A DNA stretch of 64,000 nt from Podarcis muralis (lineage: Eukaryota): the NCBI RefSeq assembly GCF_964188315.1, contig NC_135670.1, forward strand, positions 18,042,001 through 18,106,000, in the 5' to 3' direction. Below, piece after piece: positions 21,101 to 34,227 of the stretch. The position numbers were made by a program, and so were the translations under genes. The number at the start of each line of letters is the position of its first letter. Position 1 is the stretch's first letter. A model generated the notes under the pieces. The model was not told where the DNA came from. It did no database searches and saw only the letters and a list, made by a program, of their open reading frames with translations.

Positions 21101-24100
21101 TCTCAGGTGGGCGCCATTGCCATTATAAGAGAACAAGGGCGCCGTTCATGGTGACTTCTGTTTTTTTTTTGTTTTTTTTGAATAAATTTTTATTAGTTTT
21201 CCATAAGCAAAAAAGAAACAAAGCAAAAACATAAGCAAACACAAAATCGACTTCCCCATACCACCCCTTTTCTGCATTCTTGTTTCAAGATTTTTCAGCA
21301 ACCCTTTCATAATAAACTTATTTATATTTCATAAATTTAACTTCTATAAATTATTAATACAACTGTAGCTCTTTATCTCTTATTACCCTGAGCCCCTAAT
21401 TTTCCAAATTACAACAATTTTTAAGATAATCTTTGAATTTGTTCCAATCTTCATCCACCGCCTCTTTCCCTCGGTCTCGAATTCTGCCAGTCATCTCTGC
21501 CAGTCCCATATAATCAATCACCTTCGTCTGCCATTCTTCCAACGTGGGTAAATCTTGCGTCTTCCAATACTTTGCTAGAAGAATTCTTGCTGCTGTTGTG
21601 GCATACATAAAAAATGTCCTATCCTTCTTTGGCACCATTTGGCCCACCATACCCAAGAGAAAGGCTTCTGGTTTTTTAATAAAGGTTCTCTTCAGAACTT
21701 TTTTAATTTCATTATAGATCATTTCCCAGAAAGCCTTAATCTTCGGGCAGGTCCACCAAAGGTGGTAGAAGGTTCCCTCCGTTTCATTGCATTTCCAACA
21801 CTTATTGTTGGGCAAATGATAGATCTTTGCTAACTTCATGGTGACTTCTGGCACCTCTTTTTCTAGAAAAATAGCACTGGCAAGTTTCCTTACATTCACC
21901 CACCCTTCTCCGTCCTCCACCCAGGCAAATGAGTCATTATCACAGTTCAAGGACACATTCCAGCCAGAAGAAAACAGTCTAGGAGGGTGTGAAGCAAGAC
22001 CAGTGAGGCGTGTGGTCTGGAGGAGAGTTCAGAGGGCCAGACAGAGTTGGGGGGCCACATTCAGGCCTGAGTTCCTGTCCCCTGCCCATGATAGGCTCTG
22101 AGGTGCAGAGGAATCCATGTGAAAAACTACCGCATTTTTCCGTGTATAAGACTATATTTTTTCCTAAATTTTTGAAGTTTTAAATAAGGGGTCATCTTAT
22201 ACACGGATAGTACATAGTGCATTTTCTTAATTTTGAGCCCCCCAAAATAGGGGGCATCTTATACACGGGGGCGTCTTATAGACAGAAAAATACAGTACAT
22301 GCAAAAGTAGAAAAGGGACCTCTGTAGTATTGCCTCGGTTGGGGAGAATCATTTGGGATTCTTGCTCATAGGAGCTGTGATTTGAGGTTTCCGAAGAGCT
22401 GACACAGACAGCAAAGTGTTAAATGGGAATCATAGAACTGTAGAGTTGGAGGGACCCCAAGGGTCATCTGGTCCAACCCCCTGCAATGCAGGAATCCTGC
22501 CCACTGCTGCACCTCGGAGGGCTCAAGCCACCAACCTTCTGGTTAACAGCCAGACTCTCTGATCCATCCCATGCAACTGGCAGAAGAGTCATTCAGGCCC
22601 AGCTGTTTAGCAACACGGAAAAATAATTCCATAGTAAAGATACCTGCTGGCTTTTCTAGCACATATTATGGCTGCCACAGTACATGTTAGCCTGTCTGAT
22701 AAGCCTGATAAATTGAGAGGCAGTGTGGTGTAGCGGTTAGAGGGTTGGATTAGGACCTGGGAGACCAGGGTTCAAATCCCCATTCAGCCTTGGGTGACCT
22801 TGGGCTCTCAGCTGAGCCAACCTCATAGGGTTGTTGTAAGGATAAAATAAAATGGGAAAAAGGAGGAACTAGGTACGCCACCTTGAGCTCCTTGGAAGAA
22901 AGGCGGAATATAAATGTAATGAAGAAATAAATAAATCAGGCCCTGATCGGGAGGATCTCAAATCGCCGTCATCATCCTAACAAACAAATGAACAGCACAG
23001 GGACAAGTGCAGGTAGTCCGGCAACCTTTCCACGTCCCTCTGAATGGAGGTTTCAGGCCACCGGCAGCCCACAGATCACATTCTGAGAAGCCAAACATAG
23101 TTATTCTACACTTGTCGAAGCTAGCTTTCCCCAGCCTTCAAAGGCAGCGACACCTACCAGGTTTGGGTTTCCTGGTGGAGCTGCAGGACCCTGTACCTTG
23201 CGTGAATTATGGCCTGTTGTATTTGCCCTTCCTGTAGCGATCGGAAATGTGCCGTGTTAATTGCTGCAAAGTCTTCGGGGCATGAAATCACAGCTATAAA
23301 TAAAGGGATTCAGGAGCACTTGGCAGGGGGAGGAAGGAACAGACACACTGGTGTTCCTGGCAGCAGCCTTCAAAATAATGCAAGTGAATTGGGTGAGTGG
23401 CCAGTGGCCAGGAGAGCATCACATCACTACTGAAGGGCAAGGCATGGGACCCTCTCAGGCAAAGAAGGGCACCTTTGCAGAGCCCCAGTTCCAGAGCCAC
23501 TCCATCCCATGATGCATTGCAAAAGGCTCGGCTCTATGGTCACATTCACACCATACATCTAAACACTGTGGTACCATCTTAAACAGTCATGGCTTCCCCC
23601 AAAGAATCATGGGAGCTGTAGTTCATTTGGGTGCTGAGAGTTGTTTGAAGACCCTCCTCCATTCACCTCACAGAACTAAAATTCCCAGAGTTCCCGGTGA
23701 AGAGGCATTGTAGCTCTGTGAGGGGAACAGGGGGTCTCCAAACTACTCTCAGCACCCTTAACAAACTACAGCTCCCGGGATTCTTTGGGGGAAGAAGCTA
23801 TGGCTGTTTAAAGTGGTACAGCATAGTGCTTTGAATGTATGGTGTGGATACTGGTTGCTGGAAACCACAGGAGTGAAGAGTCCTCTTGCGATTGAATCCT
23901 GCTTGCCGTTTTCCCTCAGGCACCTGGTTAGCCACTGTGAGAATAGGATGCTGGGCTAGATCATGGACCGGCCCACACATGAGGCAAGGTGAGGTGGTCG
24001 CCTCAGACGGCAGGGGAGGCACTGTAGATCTTTACTCCCCACTTGTTTGGGATAGATCTTCACTCACTCTTTCTTCCCTAGTGGGGGGGGGGGGAGCGGT

Positions 24101-25460
24101 GTGCCATTTTGTGTTTTACCTCTGGTGCCAAACTGCCTTGGGCCAGCTGTTTACGTCAAGATTTTAATCCTGTTCTGTGTCCATACTGGCTTTGAATTTA
24201 TTATATATGAAATAGCTTTTCTTCTAGAAAAAAAGGTGCCGGTACTGCGTACTCTTGAGCACCACCAGAAGAAAAGCACTGGCTTCACAGATTTTTTTTG
24301 TTGGTGATGTTTATTGCTACATCGATTTGATCGTGTGTTGTTGTTTTTAATAGGAAGCGATTCATAAAGTAAATAAATGCATTTGCACCTAGACTTTTTA
24401 ATGCATTCACTCCTTCCTTCCATCTCTCTTAGTGGTCCTGATTGGAGAATCAGGAGTCGGGAAGACCAACCTGCTCTCCCGGTTCACCCGCAATGAGTTC
24501 AACCACGACAGCCGCACCACAATTGGGGTGGAGTTCTCCACTCGTACCATCCTGGTGGGAGATGCCTTGGTGAAAGCACAGATCTGGGACACGGCTGGCC
24601 TGGAGCGCTACCGGGCCATTACTTCGGCGTAAGTACAGGTGGGGCTGGTGGGGCAGAAGTTATTGGGAGGGATTCGGCTGCGGACCGGGAAGCACCCCCT
24701 TCTCCCTTAGCATCTCGCCACATCCACACTGACCTGATCTGCAGCCTTGAACAAGCCTCAGCTCTCCCCTCTGCAGTATTGGGATATTAACATTGGGTCA
24801 TCTTGCAGGACCGTTGTAAAGGGAAGTGCTTTGCATGCTCATTCAGCCCCTGATCCTGTGCATGTTTAAGCTAAAGCAGGGGTTGACGTTGTTAGTTGCT
24901 TTTTACACCAAAGCATCTCCAATATTTTACAGAATAAATATATAAATTAATTCTATTAATTTTATTAAGTGGATACACCGTGTAATTGTAAAATAAAAAA
25001 CAAAACTTCAAAGCAGTTTAATCAATAATATTTTCAATAAGAAAAATGAACAATACTTCAAAAAGTTAAAACGACAACAGGCTAAAAACAGGTTAAGAAA
25101 CAAGAAGCATTAAAACGGCAATGAAAGAAGACCTAGTGCTCATCTAAAAATATATAAAAGTATCCCCAAATGATGTTCCTCTTGAGATACATATAATTTG
25201 TAAAAAATACTTGTGAACATAACACAGGTACCACAGGAGCAACAGTTCCTAAACACACAAGCACAGCACCGTATTAAAACACCCAAGAGGAAACCTCTTG
25301 AGATTTGTCTGCTATAATAGCAGAGTTGAGGTCCTGGTGGATGCAAGTGATTTTATCCTCAAAATGCTTCTCAGACATTTCTCACTGGGCTATTGTAGGC
25401 CCCACCACGTCCTCTGAGCCAACCCTCCAGGGGCCACAAGGCTGTAGTGAGTTTTGCCAC

Positions 25461-25523
<63 letters not shown>

Positions 25524-28500
25524 ACACACACACACACGTAAAAAGAGGAAAAAGGACTGGGAGGGAGGAGGAAAAAGCAAGCTTAAGTTACATGTGACAT
25601 CAGTGGCATTTTCTGTGTTTTTTACTATCACTGGAAGCGCTCTTCTCTCCACCCACTCCCCAGATCGGGGCTGGTGACCATGTCCAGACCAGAAGGACAG
25701 GGCAGCTCCTGACACACCCAAAATATTATCTATATTGTTGCACCCCACCCTGCAACCTGTTTTGATGAAGGGCAAGCACAGAAGCTTTTTAAATATATGA
25801 ATATGAATGCAGTGCAACGCCGCTGTATTAAAATGCTAAAAACCACACAAAGGACTTGTGCCACCCTGAAGATAATAAGATCAATGTGAGCCAAGCGGTC
25901 ACGGACCCAGCCCTGTGTCATCAGATGCAGCTGACGAAAGTGTGCTCTGGAAGAGCAACTCTTAAAAGTGATCAGCCTCTTAAGATGCCAAGGTAATACA
26001 GGATTAGTGTGTTGAAATGAAGACAATGAACATGGCTACACCCTTGGAAGTCATAATTGCTAAGCATTATTACTTATTTGAACTCTCTGCATGTTTTCTT
26101 TTTTTCTTTTTAATTAGTAGACTGCAGAGATTCTCTAATCGGGTTAGAAAGCTAAGCTCATGACTTTGCAGCGTTGAGTGAGGCCGCTCAAGTTTCTAGA
26201 CCCTATGGCCTCCTCCTGTTCTGCTATGGATGTCCGCCTCCCTTTGTCAACAGCAATCTGTTGCTGCGGTAAACTGAGAATAATGCTTGGAGGACGTCCA
26301 AACTACTTCTAGGTAGCAAACAAAATCTGAGTGCAGCCAGCAGTGAACAGGAGCCTTCCTGCCTGCATGAGAGTCTGTTCTTACCTCTGTGGAGGAAGGG
26401 TAGGGTGTGCATGTCAATGCAGCTCTGAAGTAAAGACATTTCAATAGGACTTGTGAACAAGGCCTTTCTGATGATTCCTGCATTGCAGGGGGTTGGACTA
26501 GATGATCCTTGTAGTCCCTTTGAGCTCTGTGAGTCTATGGACCTCACGGTCCCTTCGAACTCTGTGATTTTGAGTTTCTATGTGGCCCTCCAGGCACCTC
26601 TGTTTGGCCCTTGGGACCCTCACCAGCCCGGCTCATCACCTTCCTCGTGTTCTTGCCTGGCTGTCCAGTCCAAGGCTGGCTTAAATAATAAGAGACCATA
26701 AGAAAAGGAGGCAGGAGCTTTGAATTACTTTTCAGTGGTTAGCAGACTAGGCAAACCCACCACTCACCCTCCGTCCTCCCCGCTATAGGGAGGTGTTCTG
26801 TATCTCTGTTTAAAGTATAGCAATTATTTGTAAGCTTTCATCCATAGATATAAATGCCCACATACAGTTTTTATGCAAATTGTTGACTTCTTTCATCTTA
26901 TTTCTTTTCCTTTTTTTTGGCAATGCATAACTGGTCACCTTATGTTGGGTGCAAATTAATTAATACTGTGATTTGAAAAGTGAGATCTAAGGTGGAAGAT
27001 CTGGAAGGTGGAAGATCCGCAAAGAAGAACCAACATAGGCCACCTTCACACTATTTAAAGCACTGTGATACCCCTTTAAACAGTCATGGCTTCCCCCAAA
27101 GAATTCTGGGAGCTGTAGTTTGCACAGGGCACTGTACGTTGGTAGGAGGCCCCATCCACAGACCTACAATTCTCAAAGTGGTTCAGTAGTCGATCCCTCT
27201 TCCCAGGGAACTCTGGGAGTTGTAGTCACAACACTCAGTACCCTTAGCAAACTGCAGCTCCCAGCATTCTTTGGGGCAGAAGAAGCCACGGCTGTTTAAA
27301 GTGACACTGTACCGCTTTAAATGTATGTTTTAATCAAAGGCCTCGTTTAAGAAATAATGTTGAGACTTCCAAAGAGAAGAGAAGGAATCGTGGGACACCC
27401 ATGCTTCCTTGTTGTTGTTGTTACTGCTGTTAGTTCTTCATATGCCCTTCTCTTAACCCTGTCCTGATCTCTCAGTTATTACAGAGGCGCAGTGGGAGCC
27501 CTCTTGGTTTTTGACATCACTAAGCACCAGACGTACGACGTGGTGGAGCGCTGGCTGAAGGAGCTGTATGACCATGCAGAAGCCACCATCATTGTGATGT
27601 TGGTGGGCAACAAAACAGATCTGACCCAAGCCCGGGAGGTCCCAACGGAGGAAGCCAAGATGTATGCAGGTAGGGGACAGCTCTGTGGCTTCGCGCATCG
27701 GGCTCCGAGAAGGATTTGTGCTCCACCACAGGGAAGGACTGTGGCTCAATGGTAGAGCATCTGCCTTGCATGCAGAATGTCCCAGGTTCAACCCCCCAGT
27801 GTCTCCAGCTGGGGCTGGGAGTGTCTCCTGCCTTAAACCCTGGAGAGCCTCTGCAAATCTGTGCGGACAGTAACTGAGCTAGATGGGCCAATGGTCTGAC
27901 TCAGTATATGGCAGCATCCCATGTACCTTCTCAGCACTTGTGTGAAGAGTTAGAAGCTTTAAGACGGAGTGCCTCTTTTAAAATAGTTCCTGCCATCTGT
28001 ACTGGCACACTTTTATAATGTGTTTTATTACTAAACGAGCAATGCCACTATATAAAAATGAAATCTACAGCCTGATCAATCACAGACACTTTTAACAATT
28101 GATTAATCCACTGGATTAAATCGGCTACAAACAGTGTTATTGTTTGTACAGTGGTACCTTGGTTCTCAAACTCAATCCGTTCTGGAAGTCCGTTCAGCTT
28201 CCAAAACGTTTGCAAACCAAGGTGTGGTTTCTGGTTGGCTGATTGGCCCCGGAAACAATGCCGACAGCCAAAACGGACTTTCGGCTTCCGAAAAACGTTC
28301 ACAAACTGGCACTTCCAGGTTTGAAGCATTAGGGAGCCAATTTGTTCATCAGCTAAGCCGTTCAGGAACCAAGGTACCACTGTTATATTCTCTTTCTGTC
28401 CACTGTTTCAGTATTCTCTGAATGCATTTTATAAATTATGAAATAAAAAAAGACAGAATGACTACCAATCCCAGTTTTAAATTGGGGACCTGATCCGATC

Positions 28501-29002
28501 TTATCTATTAATGGAGGTCTGATAGGGTCTCACTGCTTCTCTCTTCTTGCAGAAAACAACGGCCTGCTCTTTATGGAAACCTCTGCGCTGGACTCCACAA
28601 ATGTTGAATTGGCTTTTGAAACTATCTTGAGAGGTAAGTCATCAGTTGGTGGTACCAGTGGCGAAGCTGCATGCTCCGGGGGCATGATGCGCATCTGGGG
28701 GCATGGCACGCCACCCACAGGGGCATGGCACCCATTCCGGGGGCGTGATGCGCCGCCTGTGGAGGCGTGGCACCTGGCACGTGGCGTGTGTCCAGGGGGG
28801 CCCACCTCGATGGCACCCTACCAGAATAATGGTGCCAAGAGCAGTCCACTTCCTCCAGCAGCAGGTGGTGCCCAAACTTGCAGTGGCCTAGCCAGGGTTG
28901 AGAAGGAGGGTGATCTTCCTTGCTGTCACTTGTTCTTTACTCCAGTAAGGGGCTGCAGCCTATGGAGAAGGGTTTGTTTTAAGCCCCCACTTCCCATTCT
29001 CT

Positions 29003-29044
<42 letters not shown>

Positions 29045-29599
29045 TTTGTGTGTACCCAGAAACCTTTAGCCTTTTTACGCATGGAGATAAAAGGTAAATC
29101 ATGCAGTCTGGAAAAACATAAAATTCAGGTTTTTCCCAGATGGTAGCTTATTGGTGCTGATAATGCACACATTAGCACTATGGTGCAATGGTGGGTGGGA
29201 TCGGCAAAGGTTTTTTTCCTGGACATCCTCTCCATTTTTGCCCCCTTTTTATTTTTTTAATTTAATTGCCAAGTGTGTAAAGCTGGATTTGCACAAGCTA
29301 AATGTGTGTACATTGTGAGTTACCTGTACAAATAAAACCATCTGTCCTAAAGACACCTTCATTCCAATGAAAGTGAGCCCCTGGGGCACTCCTGGAATCT
29401 CTCGCTGCTTGGAGATTCGGGTGGTGCATAATCATCTTTATTTATTCCTTCCTGTCTCCTAGACATTTTCAACAAAGTGCAGAAACAGAAGCAGAAAAGC
29501 CCCCTGGACAACACCGTTTCGCTCTCTGCCGAACACACTGATGCAGCCTCCACCTCTCAAGCTGTGGAAGGGAAGCGAGCTTGTTGCTTGAACCTCTGA
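18084..29599 (+). CDS. RAB25: Ras-related protein Rab-25, 215 aa (exons 18084-18123, 24433-24628, 27476-27669, 28553-28633, 29463-29599)
   Basis: [13 protein letters not shown]|[38 protein letters not shown]...WDTAGLERY (Rab25-diagnostic Leu)...NKTD...ETSAL...KRACCLNL*; 648 bp; phases close. Confidence 0.97.
18449..18592 (+). mobile_element. tRNA-Lys(CTT)-derived SINE with CR1-type 3' tail; inverted copy at ~11400-11545
   Basis: TAGCTCAGCCGGCAGAGCATGAGGCTCTTAATCTCGGGGTTGTGGGTTCGAGTCCCAC, followed by ...CTAGATGACC...GGTCCTTTCGAACTCTACTCTTCTATGATTC. Confidence 0.8.
21054..21879. mobile_element. hAT-type MITE split by the L1 insertion at 21161-21834
   Basis: CAGGGCTTTTTTTTCAGC...|...TTTCTAGAAAAATAGCACTG; an uninterrupted related copy lies inverted at ~20212-20315. 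Confidence 0.7.
21161..21834 (-). mobile_element. Short 5'-truncated copy of the same L1 family, inserted in a hAT MITE within RAB25 intron 1
   Basis: 146 aa of the ORF2 C-terminus with 4 differences from the 40.6-kb copy; poly(T) on the plus strand; TSD TTCATGGTGACTTCTG at 21145-21160 and 21835-21850. Confidence 0.95.
22128..22297. mobile_element. pogo/Tc2-like MITE
   Basis: TACCGCATTTTTCCGTGTATAAGAC / GTCTTATAGACAGAAAAATACAGTA inverted ends. Confidence 0.8.
22722..22925 (+). mobile_element. CORE-type (MIR-like) SINE; further copies near 1.30-1.50, 10.33-10.45, 32.77-32.93, 39.61-39.80, 49.52-49.62, 60.64-60.83 and 62.84-63.02 kb
   Basis: GGCAGTGTGGTGTAGCGGTTAG...GGTTCAAATCCCC head; CORE-like CCTCATAGGGTTGTTGTAAGGATAAAAT. 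Confidence 0.75.
23538..23852. mobile_element. Palindromic MITE (probably PIF/Harbinger); related copies near 20.96, 27.04-27.33, 30.08-30.37, 31.9, 50.2, 52.8 and 63.3 kb
   Basis: Long inverted arms CACACCATACAT...AAACAGTCATGGCTTCCCCCAAAGAATC...TGTAG / CTACA...GATTCTTTGGGGG...TTTAAAGTGG...ATGTATGGTGTG. Confidence 0.75.
24433..24628 (+). CDS. RAB25: RAB25 exon 2 (196 bp)
   Basis: cttag|P-loop GESGVGKT ... AITS GC|gtaagt. Confidence 0.97.
25463..25536. repeat. Compound (CT)n(CA)n microsatellite in RAB25 intron 2
   Basis: Directly visible. Confidence 0.95.
27476..27669 (+). CDS. RAB25: RAB25 exon 3 (194 bp)
   Basis: ctcag|[16 protein letters not shown]...EEAKMYA G|gtaggg. Confidence 0.97.
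28149..28382. mobile_element. Tc1/mariner-superfamily MITE
   Basis: TA-CAGTGGTACCTTGG...CCAAGGTACCACTG. Confidence 0.85.
28553..28633 (+). CDS. RAB25: RAB25 exon 4 (81 bp)
   Basis: ttgcag|[28 protein letters not shown]|gtaagt. Confidence 0.97.
29006..29041. repeat. (AC)n microsatellite in RAB25 intron 4
   Basis: Directly visible. Confidence 0.9.
29463..29599 (+). CDS. RAB25: RAB25 exon 5 coding part (137 bp)
   Basis: ctcctag|DIFNKVQKQ...[11 protein letters not shown] (di-cysteine prenylation motif). Confidence 0.95.
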
Positions 29600-32500
29600 A
29601 GTGAGAGTCACACATGAGGAACATCAGCCGTGTTGAGGAAGCCAACATTTGGTGGGTGGGAGAGGATTCCACACTCTGGATGATGATTTATGGCCGAGAT
29701 GTCCGTCTCACTGTAGCCTCTGTGGTCTGGGGGGTAGTTATGGAAACTTTTTGGATCAGGCTCGCCTACCTAAATCTAGGGAGCACAATAGCGTGTTTGG
29801 GGGTGACAAAGCATCTTGAATCAAGAATTCCGTGTTTGTGGGTCAGTACTTGTACAAAAGAACCACCCGTAACCCTGCAATCTCCCTGCCTTGTCTTCCA
29901 ATACAGATACGAATCTATAGTGAATGCAACAGTAGCCACAATCCTGCCAAAGTTAATCACAACTAGCCGTCCTGTACCCTCTTAGCTGGGAGTGAAGTCC
30001 TTTGAACTCTGGTAGGGCTTCTTCATCCAAATAGGCCTAGGATCACAGTGCAAGTTCCATTGCAGGTTATTGTGACTAAGGCCACAATCGCACCATACAT
30101 TTGATAGCACTTTAAACAGTCACAGCTTCCCCAAAAGGATTCTGGAAGCTGTAGTTTATTAAGCTTGCTGACAGTTGTTAGGAGGCCCCTATTCCCCTCA
30201 CAGAGCTACAATTCCCTTCACAAGGAACTTTGGGAATTGTAGCTCTGGGGGGGAAAGAGGTGTACCCTAACAAATCTCAGCACCTTTAACAAACTACAGC
30301 TGACAGAATTCTTTGGGGAGGGAAAGTCACAACCATTTAAAGTGGTGCCATTGCACTTTAAATGTATGGTGTTAACATGTGCTAACTTAAATCCTGTTGG
30401 CTTTCTGTGAGGCTTAGCATGTGTACGCAGGAGTAATCCCTGTTGAATTCAGTGGCTTTTACTTCATGGTAACAGGGCTTCGCTGCATGTGATATCTGCT
30501 GCTTCAAACTTTAAAAAAAATTACACTTCTATCCCCACAACCTCCCTCTAAGGAGACAAGGTCAGTGCTCATTTGTGGATGAGCTTGAGTTTCCCTCATC
30601 AAACTACAACTCTCTGTCTCAGCCATTGCCAACATGGTGCCCTCCAGATGTTTTGGGCTATGGCCATAACTGGGAGTTGTAGTCTAAAACTCCCAGAGGG
30701 CGCCAGGTTGAGAGAGGCTGCTATAGAGCTCAGCCTTCCTCATATGCTGGCTGGATCTGACAGGAATTGTAGCCCAAAACAGCCAGAGGGTGCCAGATTG
30801 ACAAGGCTTGCTGCTGCTCTTGTAGGGCCAATAAATCTGTGCCAGAATTTCCACACAATGCCCTGGGCATGGTGCCAATGTGGCTGAATGACTAGGTAGG
30901 TAGGAAGAAGGGCGTTTTGCAGGGCAGGGAATTCGGTTATTATGAAGACTCCCCTGACACTTCCTAGTCTCCTAATACCAGAAATCCCCCAACAGAAGTG
31001 ATTAACTGACAGAACTGGAAGCCAAAAGGAGGAGGTGATGGGTGATGGCTTGAAGAAGGGGTTATACAACTTCATGGAGGAGAACTCCATCAGTGGCTAT
31101 TATCAGTGGCTAAATTGATCCTCCATAGGCAGAGGCAATCCACCTGTCAATACAGGTTGCTGGGGGGAAGAAGCAGGAGGAAGACCTGATTTGGGGGGTG
31201 GGGTGGCTTCTAGCTTGGCTAGCGTGTCAAGGAGGCTGCAAGGATCCCTGATGGGGGTCTTTTTAGATTCTTATGTTATATTCCAAAGTCCCTGTCAGCT
31301 CAATACCTTCATTAGACAAAGCAAAATATCATGGAATAGTATGCAAGTTTTTGAGTTCTCCTTATCTCTTCATCTGGCTCGATGAAGAGTTCTGTGAAAC
31401 TTAAAAACTTGCACATTATTTTGTGACATTTTGGTTGGCCTAATAAGGGCACTGCCCTAGTAGGGAATTTAGGTCCCCCCCCCCCACTCTTGTTATTTCT
31501 TTTGTTACACATTCACAATGCACTTGGACTCCCTGCTTAGACTTCTTTCTGTGGCTGTGACTCCTTTTGTGTTCAGCCTCCATACCGAAACTTGAATGTC
31601 TGGATCACCAAGCTGAGATCCTTCAAAATTTACCCCATCCAAAAGACACAGCCAGACCTTTGTGGAATTGGAAATTCGTCAGTATATTGTGTGTGTACAT
31701 TTATACATATATGTATTGTGTGTGTATATATAGCAAGAGACACAAAGAATATATTTTGTAAATAAATCGCTATGGACTGGGCATTTTTAAATTTATTACT
31801 GTGCTTAATGTAGCGAAACAAGTAGGGGTGTGTACATTGGGAAACATTCCATACATAAAAGAAGCAAACTGCTTATTTCAGAGACACCTAAGATTCCTGT
31901 TGTGCATCCTGAACAAACTACAGTTCCCAGAATTCTTTGGGGGAAGCCATGATGGTTTAAAGTGGTATCATAGCGGATTAATGTTGTGAATGCAGCCCTA
32001 CTTAAACTTTGGTTGCATTTGGGGATTTGACACAGAGCATAATTCTTTTTCATGGGGGGGGGGCAATGGAGGGGAGCACCACCTTTGCATTCAGAAGGTC
32101 ACAGGTTCAATCCCTGCCGGCATCTCTAGTTAGGGCTGGACTAAGACTCCATATCTCAAACCCTGGGTAGCCACTGCCAGTCACCGTCAACAGTACTGGA
32201 TTAGATGGGTCAGCAGTCTGGATTCTCAGTCAACAGGAAGCAGTTGCTCGCAACCTCAAATCTCTTAACCACAAATCTCTTCCTGTTAGAAATGTGCTCA
32301 GGGTTGGGCTTTGGTGAGTCTCCAACAGATCTCTGTGATTTGAATGGAGTACGGGAGAGGAGAGATGGTTTCTATAGTGGGTCTAAATCATTTAGAATCA
32401 GAACTGTAGAGTTGGAAGGGATCCCAAGGGCCATTAGTCTCAACCCCCTGCAATGCAGGAATCTTAACTAGAGTCACTGACTGACAGCCATCCAACCTTT

Positions 32501-32715
32501 GCTTAAAAACCTCCAAAGAGTCCACAACCTCCCGAGGAGCACCCCGTGCTAACATGCACAGCAGCATACAGCAACATATCCTATGCACACAGCAACATCT
32601 CTGCTCTACCATGATATGGCATGTTTTTTTATTTATACACCACCCAAAGCCCCTCAAAGTGTGATCCACATGAATCCATGTGAATATGAAATAAATACAC
32701 AAAGGTACGATGCAC

Positions 32716-32718
<3 letters not shown>

Positions 32719-32746
<28 letters not shown>

Positions 32747-32758
32747 GTCAGTCAGTCA
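32719..32758. repeat. (TCAA)n/(TCAG)n tetranucleotide microsatellite
   Basis: Directly visible. Confidence 0.9.
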
Positions 32759-33606
32759 TATCCAACCATGCACAGGAATTCTGCACAGGGTTGTTGTGAG
32801 GATAAAATGGGGAGGAGGAGAGCTACATATGTCACTTGAGCTCCTTGCTTCATGCAACTTGGGCTGTTCATGGTAGAGCGAGATTTGAACCACGGCTTTC
32901 CTAATTTCTCCCCCACATCTCTTAATGTTGACACACTTACTTAGTAAGAACCTTGCAGGCAGAGATCTGTTGTTTTCCGATCTGGTATAGCCAAGTGATT
33001 TAAAATAACAATATTAAGGAAGTTTCTCCTTCAAATGCAGCTTCAGCCATGACATAGGGGGCATCCTTGCCTCGTCCCCTTCTCTTTCTTACATTTTTCC
33101 TGTAATGGCATTATTCCTGTAATGGCATACAATCAGGTTTGCAGTTTGATCTGTATAAACTGCCTTAATCCCTTTTATGAATATGACTCCTAATTCCATT
33201 TTTTTCTAATAACTTAATCATAAATGACAAAAAAATAAAATAAATTCAATAGGGACTAATCTTAGGTTTTGCAGATCGGCAGAAAGAACCAGCTGCACCA
33301 ATATAACATGAGGGATACCTGGTTTGCTAGTAGTACATGGGAAAAGGATCTAGGGGTCTTAGTGGACCACAAGCTTAACATGAGTCAACCTGAGAGTGAT
33401 GCAGCAGCAAAAAATGCTAATGCTGTTTTAGGCTTCAACAACAGAAAAGTGTCCAGATCAATGGAAGACAATAACACAATGAAATTCAAAACAGTAACAA
33501 TTTATTGCATGTTTATTCAAAATCCATTAAAAACTATTTAGTTTAAGTAATGCAAGAAAATCGACCAGCTTGAGCCAGTGACACCAGAGAGAGCCATTTT
33601 CAAATA

Positions 33607-33825
33607 CAGTGGTACCTCGTGTTGCATAACCTTCAGGTTATGGAATCTTCAGGTTACGGCTGTAGCAAACCCAGAAGTTTATACTTCCAGGTTTCGCCGC
33701 ACGCATGCGCAGAAGCACTCTATCACGCTGCGCATGTGTGCAGAAGTGGCGCCTCTAGTTATGGATTTTTCAGGGTGCACACAGCACCCCGAAACAAATT
33801 AAATTCGTAACCAGAGGTACCACTG
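33607..33825. mobile_element. Tc1/mariner-superfamily MITE
   Basis: TA-CAGTGGTACCTC...GAGGTACCACTG-TA. Confidence 0.88.
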
Positions 33826-34227
33826 TAACTCAAGGGCTCTCACATGGAAGATGCAGCAAGCTTTTTTCTCCTGCTCTGGATGGTAGGACTCGAACCAATG
33901 GCTTCAGAAACAACAAAGGAGATTCCAACTAAACATTGTTCAACAGAGGAATGGACTCCCCTGGAAGGTGATGGACTCTCCTTCCTTGCATGTTTTAAAG
34001 CAGATATTAGATGACCATCTGTCATGGATCCTTCCTTCCTTCCTTCCTTGTTCTGCCCAATCTCAGTCCATATTTCATGGCTGGTTAAATCATCTACCCC
34101 CCCTCCTGATTCTCGGTGCCTCTTCTTCTGCCAATCTTTGGCCAATTGGGATGTCCAAATAGAGCCAGCAATTCCTTCAGGGAGGAAAATCATAACTCTT
34201 TGATGATGTCATCATTTGGCTGGTAGA

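Noticed and set aside
24589-24606. DTAGLE instead of DTAGQE in RAB25
   Set aside because: This is a known diagnostic feature of all Rab25 proteins, not a novel mutation.
33050-33085. KGTRQGCPL (L1 RT-like motif) in one minus-strand frame
   Set aside because: No flanking RT homology. Another frame gives a 159-bp phase-consistent exon with a gtaagt donor. A chance match is most likely, though a tiny L1 remnant is not excluded.
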